From contig CAWEMM010000009.1 of the NCBI GenBank assembly GCA_963810095.1, positions 480,001-544,000 of the forward strand: a stretch of DNA of 64,000 bases. Reading direction: 5' to 3'. The notes under the pieces are model-generated. The model saw nothing but the letters and a program-made list of their open reading frames with translations, was not told the DNA's origin and ran no database searches. The stretch's first letter is position 1. Every line of letters starts with the position of its first letter. Positions 60,527 to 64,000 of this stretch are shown piece by piece. The position numbers and the translations under genes are program-made. Source of the stretch: an uncultured Chloroflexia bacterium (GTDB taxonomy: Bacteria > Chloroflexota > Anaerolineae > CG2-30-64-16).

Positions 60527-61642
60527 GTGACGAGAAGCCAATGGCCCCGTTGGCCGGGTGTGATGCTCGCGGTCGTGCTCGTGTTGCTGCTGGCCGCCCG
60601 CTCAGGCCGGCCCGTGGTTGAGTTCGGTCCCCAGCAGCAGGTGCGCTCGATCAATCCGAAAATGGGGATGCACACCCGGCTGACCGATGAGGTCGAGCCC
60701 TGGAAGGTGCAGCGCACCTTTCAGATGGTGCGCGAAATGGGCGCGTCGTGGGTGGTCGAGTATTTCCTGTGGGCCAGCCACGAGCCGCAGCGCGGCCGGT
60801 TCGAGTGGGGGCACGCGGACCTGGTGGTCAATCACGCGGTCAACCAGGGCCTGAAGGTGATCGCCCGCCTCGGCTACGTGCCAGAGTGGGCGCGTCCGAA
60901 GGACGCTACGCACCTGTACCTGGACGAAGACGGTTACGACGCGTTCGCCCGTTTCGCAGCCGAGTTTGCGCGGCACTTCGCGGGCCGGGTCGACTACATC
61001 ATCGTGTGGAACGAGCCGAACCTGAGCCAGGAATGGGGCTACCGCACGCCCGATCCGGCCGGGTATACGGAGCTGCTCAAGCGCACCTATCGGGCCGTGA
61101 AGGCGGCGGACCCCGATATGCAGGTACTGGCGGGGGCGCTTGCGCCGACGCTCGCGCCGTCGGGCAGCGAGTGGGGCATGAACGACCTGGACTACCTCCA
61201 GGGCATGTACGATGCGGGCGCCCGCGACTCGTTCGACATCCTCGCTGCACATGCCTACGGCTGGACATTCGATGCTGCCGAGGCGCCGAGCCCCGATGCG
61301 GTGAACTGGCGCCGGGTGGAGTTGCTGCGCGATATCATGGTGCGCAACGGCGACGCGGCCAAGCACGTGATGATCACCGAAGGTGGGTGGAACGATCACC
61401 CACGGTGGACCAAGGCCGTCCGGCCCGCTCAGCGTGTGGCCTACACGGTGGCCGCGTATCAGATGGCCCTGGCAGAGTGGCCCTGGGTCGACGCGGTCTG
61501 TCTCTGGGCCTTCCGCTACCCCCGTCCTGCCCGCACGTACCAGGACTACTTCACCTTCGTCGACGGCGACTTTCGCGCCAAGCCAATCTACGAGGCGCTG
61601 CAGCGATATGCGGAGGGGCTGGATTGGCGGGAGCGTAAGTAA
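60527..61642 (+). CDS. Membrane-anchored clan GH-A glycoside hydrolase (GH5/GH39-like)
   Basis: IVWNEPN, AVKAADP, FDILAAHAY, MITEGGW. Confidence 0.85.
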   Translation: MTRSQWPRWPGVMLAVVLVLLLAARSGRPVVEFGPQQQVRSINPKMGMHTRLTDEVEPWKVQRTFQMVREMGASWVVEYFLWASHEPQRGRFEWGHADLVVNHAVNQGLKVIARLGYVPEWARPKDATHLYLDEDGYDAFARFAAEFARHFAGRVDYIIVWNEPNLSQEWGYRTPDPAGYTELLKRTYRAVKAADPDMQVLAGALAPTLAPSGSEWGMNDLDYLQGMYDAGARDSFDILAAHAYGWTFDAAEAPSPDAVNWRRVELLRDIMVRNGDAAKHVMITEGGWNDHPRWTKAVRPAQRVAYTVAAYQMALAEWPWVDAVCLWAFRYPRPARTYQDYFTFVDGDFRAKPIYEALQRYAEGLDWRERK

Positions 61643-61872
61643 GTGGAAGACGAAGTGGGATTGGAACGCGAAGCGGGTTTGGAACACGAAGACGCGAAGC
61701 GGTTTGAAGAGCCGAAGCACGAAGCCCGCGAAGTCCACGCCGGCGAACGAGCGCCTTCGCGCCTCGCGTTTTCGCGCTTCGCGCCTTCGCGCCTTGTCGC
61801 TTCGCGCTTCGCGCCTTCGCGTCGCCTTTCGCGGCTTCGCGTTCCAAACTCACTTCGCGTTCCAAACTCACC
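61643..61872. repeat. ~230 bp inverted-repeat element of (A)CGCGAAG/CTTCGCG units
   Basis: Left arm TTGGAACGCGAAG/TTTGGAACACGAAG; right arm CTTCGCGTTCCAAACTCA x2 (61835-61870); many internal CTTCGCG units. Confidence 0.75.
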
Positions 61873-61890
61873 CCGCGTTCCTGGCGCGTC

Positions 61891-62655
61891 GTGATGCTGG
61901 CCCTTGTGGTGCTGGCTCTCGCCCTGACGGGTTGGTTCGTGCTGCGCGGCCGTGGCGGCGCGCTGGACGACATCCGGGCGCGCGGGGTGTGGCAGGTCGG
62001 CATGGACCCGAGTTTCCCGCCTTTCGAGAACCTGGACGTCGCTGCAGGGCAGGTGGTCGGGCTTGACGCCGACCTGGCCCGCGCGCTCGGCGGACGGTTG
62101 GGGATCAGGACGCAGATCACCAGCCTCGGGTTCGACGAACTGATCGATGCGGTCGCCGCACACCGGGTCGACGCGGCCATCTCTGCGCTGCCCGTGATCC
62201 CGGAACGAACCCAGGACGTTCGCTTTTCCGACCCGTACGTGCAGGCCGGCGTGGTGTTGGCCGCGCGGCGAGACAGCGGCATCGCTGGGCCAGGCGACCT
62301 GGCGGGCCGGCGGGTGGCCGTGGAGTGGGGCAGCCAGGGCGACGCCGCGGCGCGGCGGCTGCTTTCGGCCAACCAAGTGCGTTTCGAACTGCTGCCCAAG
62401 GACACGGTGACGGCCGCGCTCGACGCGCTGGTCGCGGGTGAGGCCGACGCAGCAGTGGTCGACGCCATCAGCCTCGCGCTGCATCCCCAGTCGGCGCGAC
62501 TGGCCGTCGTGGGCGAACCCTTGTCGTCCGATCCGTATGTGGTGGTCGTGGCCGCCGACGCGCCCGACTTGCTGGATGCGATCAACAAGGGTTTGGCAGC
62601 GCTCGAAAGCGATGGTACGCTCGACGCAATACGGAAACGATGGCTCAAGCCTTAA
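61891..62655 (+). CDS. Amino-acid ABC transporter substrate-binding protein (family 3)
   Basis: [36 protein letters not shown]. Confidence 0.9.
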   Translation: MMLALVVLALALTGWFVLRGRGGALDDIRARGVWQVGMDPSFPPFENLDVAAGQVVGLDADLARALGGRLGIRTQITSLGFDELIDAVAAHRVDAAISALPVIPERTQDVRFSDPYVQAGVVLAARRDSGIAGPGDLAGRRVAVEWGSQGDAAARRLLSANQVRFELLPKDTVTAALDALVAGEADAAVVDAISLALHPQSARLAVVGEPLSSDPYVVVVAADAPDLLDAINKGLAALESDGTLDAIRKRWLKP

Positions 62656-62701
62656 CAGACCAGGTTTCTGCCAGAACCCTGGTTTGTTTATAATGACCCC
62701 C

Positions 62702-63589
62702 ATGATCCATTTCGATATCTTCACCCTATTTCCCGGCATGTTCTCCGGCTTCCTGGCCGACAGCATCCTCAAGCGCGCCCAGAGCGCGGGCATCCTGTCC
62801 GTCGGGCTGCACAACATCCGCGATTATGCGGAGGGCCGGCATCGCGTCACCGACGACACGCCGTACGGGGGTGGGGGCGGGATGGTGATGAAGCCCGAAC
62901 CGATCTTCAAGGCGGTCGAGACCGTACTCACACGTTCGCCCGGATGGGTGTTTGCGCCCACGGCCGAGGCGCCCGAACCTCCCCCCGCGCCCGTCCGGCC
63001 GACCTGCCCGAGGATGTACCCATCCTTCTCCTGTCGCCCCAGGGTCGCACCTTCACGCAGGTAGTTGCAGAAGAACTCGCGCGCCATCGCCGCATCGCGC
63101 TCGATCTGCGGCCGCTATGAAGGGGTGGACGAACGGGTGCGCGAAGGGCTTGTGACCGACGAAATCAGCATCGGCGACTTCGTGATATCCGGCGGCGAAC
63201 TCGGTGCTGCGATCATCGTGGACGCCGTGACGCGCCTTCAGCCGGGAGCGCTTGGCTGCGATATGGGCGCGTTCGAGGATTCCTTTGCCACAGGTGTCCT
63301 GGAGTACCCGCAGTACACTAAGCCCCCGGCCTTCCGCGACCAACGGGTGCCTGACATCCTCGCCTCCGGCGATCACGCCAAGGTCGCCCGTTGGCGCCGC
63401 GAGCAGGCGCTCCTGCGCACCTGGCTGCGCCGGCCCGACCTGCTCGACTCCGCGCCGCTCTCCGACCAGGACCGCAAGTACCTGGCGCGGCTGGATGCGG
63501 CGAAACGCGAGGAGGCGGCGACGAATTCCACGAATGTTACGAGGGGCGCGAATGAAACCACGCCCGGCGAGTTCGGAGGAGTCGAGTAA
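62702..63589 (+). CDS. trmD: tRNA (guanine37-N1) methyltransferase; frameshifts near 62990-63105
   Basis: [62 protein letters not shown]. Confidence 0.95.
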
Positions 63590-63646
63590 TTGGTGCAGGT
63601 CGCAGCAACCGCATGTCAGCTGACTGAGGACGTGCCCTATGCTTTT

Positions 63647-63675
63647 TTGGCGCATTAGCACGCCTGTGATAAAAT
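63647..63675 (+). promoter_or_regulatory. rplS promoter
   Basis: TTGGCG, 17 nt spacer, extended -10 TGA-TAAAAT. Confidence 0.55.
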
Positions 63676-63713
63676 CTCCTTTCGTTGCGAACTTAAACGA
63701 AGGGTAGTTAACC

Positions 63714-64000
63714 ATGGCTAATCTGATTGATTCTCTCACTGCTCAGGCTGTGCGGACCGATATGCCCGAACTTCAGGCTGGCGACACGGTTAAGGTGCAC
63801 ACGCTCATTGTCGAAGGCGAGAAGGAACGTGTGCAGGTCTTCCAGGGCCTGGTGATCCGCGTGCGTGGCGGCGGTTCGGACAAGAATTTCACCGTCCGCC
63901 GCATCGCGTCCCACGGTGTTGGCGTCGAGCGCACCTTCCTCTTCATGTCGCCCCGGGTTGACAAGGTCGAGGTGCTGCGGCACGCCAAGGTCCGCCGGGC
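63714..64000 (+). CDS. rplS: 50S ribosomal protein L19 (truncated by the window edge)
   Basis: GDTVKVH...EGEKERVQVFQG...FTVRRIASHGVGVERTF...KVRR. Confidence 0.97.
   Translation, partial: MANLIDSLTAQAVRTDMPELQAGDTVKVHTLIVEGEKERVQVFQGLVIRVRGGGSDKNFTVRRIASHGVGVERTFLFMSPRVDKVEVLRHAKVRR

Noticed and set aside
61643-61872. Possible CRISPR array
   Set aside because: Units are 7-18 bp, abutting and inverted, with no unique spacers and no cas genes

Overview
GC-rich bacterial chromosomal segment, most consistent with Chloroflexota (Anaerolineae-like); this taxonomy is inferred from gene style and was not verified. From left to right it holds ABC-2 permeases, DedA, GNAT, LCP, a single-ORF TM-DtxR/MntR-FeoA-FeoA-Nramp fusion, and an Rrf2 regulator. 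The regulator shares a palindromic operator with an atypical pstSCAB-like operon whose binding protein has Ala where phosphate binders have Ser/Thr. Next come a ~17 kb glycan-utilisation locus (GH43 x2, GH2, GH1-like, sugar ABC, ArsR-type regulator, gnd, a large secreted GH-A protein), a baeRF/Balon-like gene, a divergent pair of lipoprotein peptidases with a DUF333 lipoprotein, and a holin-like/alkaline-phosphatase/Yip1 fusion. These are followed by RDD, XRE-cupin, a diheme cytochrome c peroxidase, AlkB, GH127, and a ~10 kb corrinoid methyltransferase cassette ending at tRNA-Glu. The right end has a satellite microcompartment locus (two EutN/CcmL plus a class II aldolase), YdeI, a catalytically degenerate nitrilase-fold protein, a GH5-like enzyme, trmD and the start of rplS. 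Many genes, including essential trmD, carry frameshifts that look like long-read indel errors, so several coordinates are reconstructed across frames. No CRISPR array, transposase or integrase was seen, but a family of intergenic REP-like hairpins recurs.
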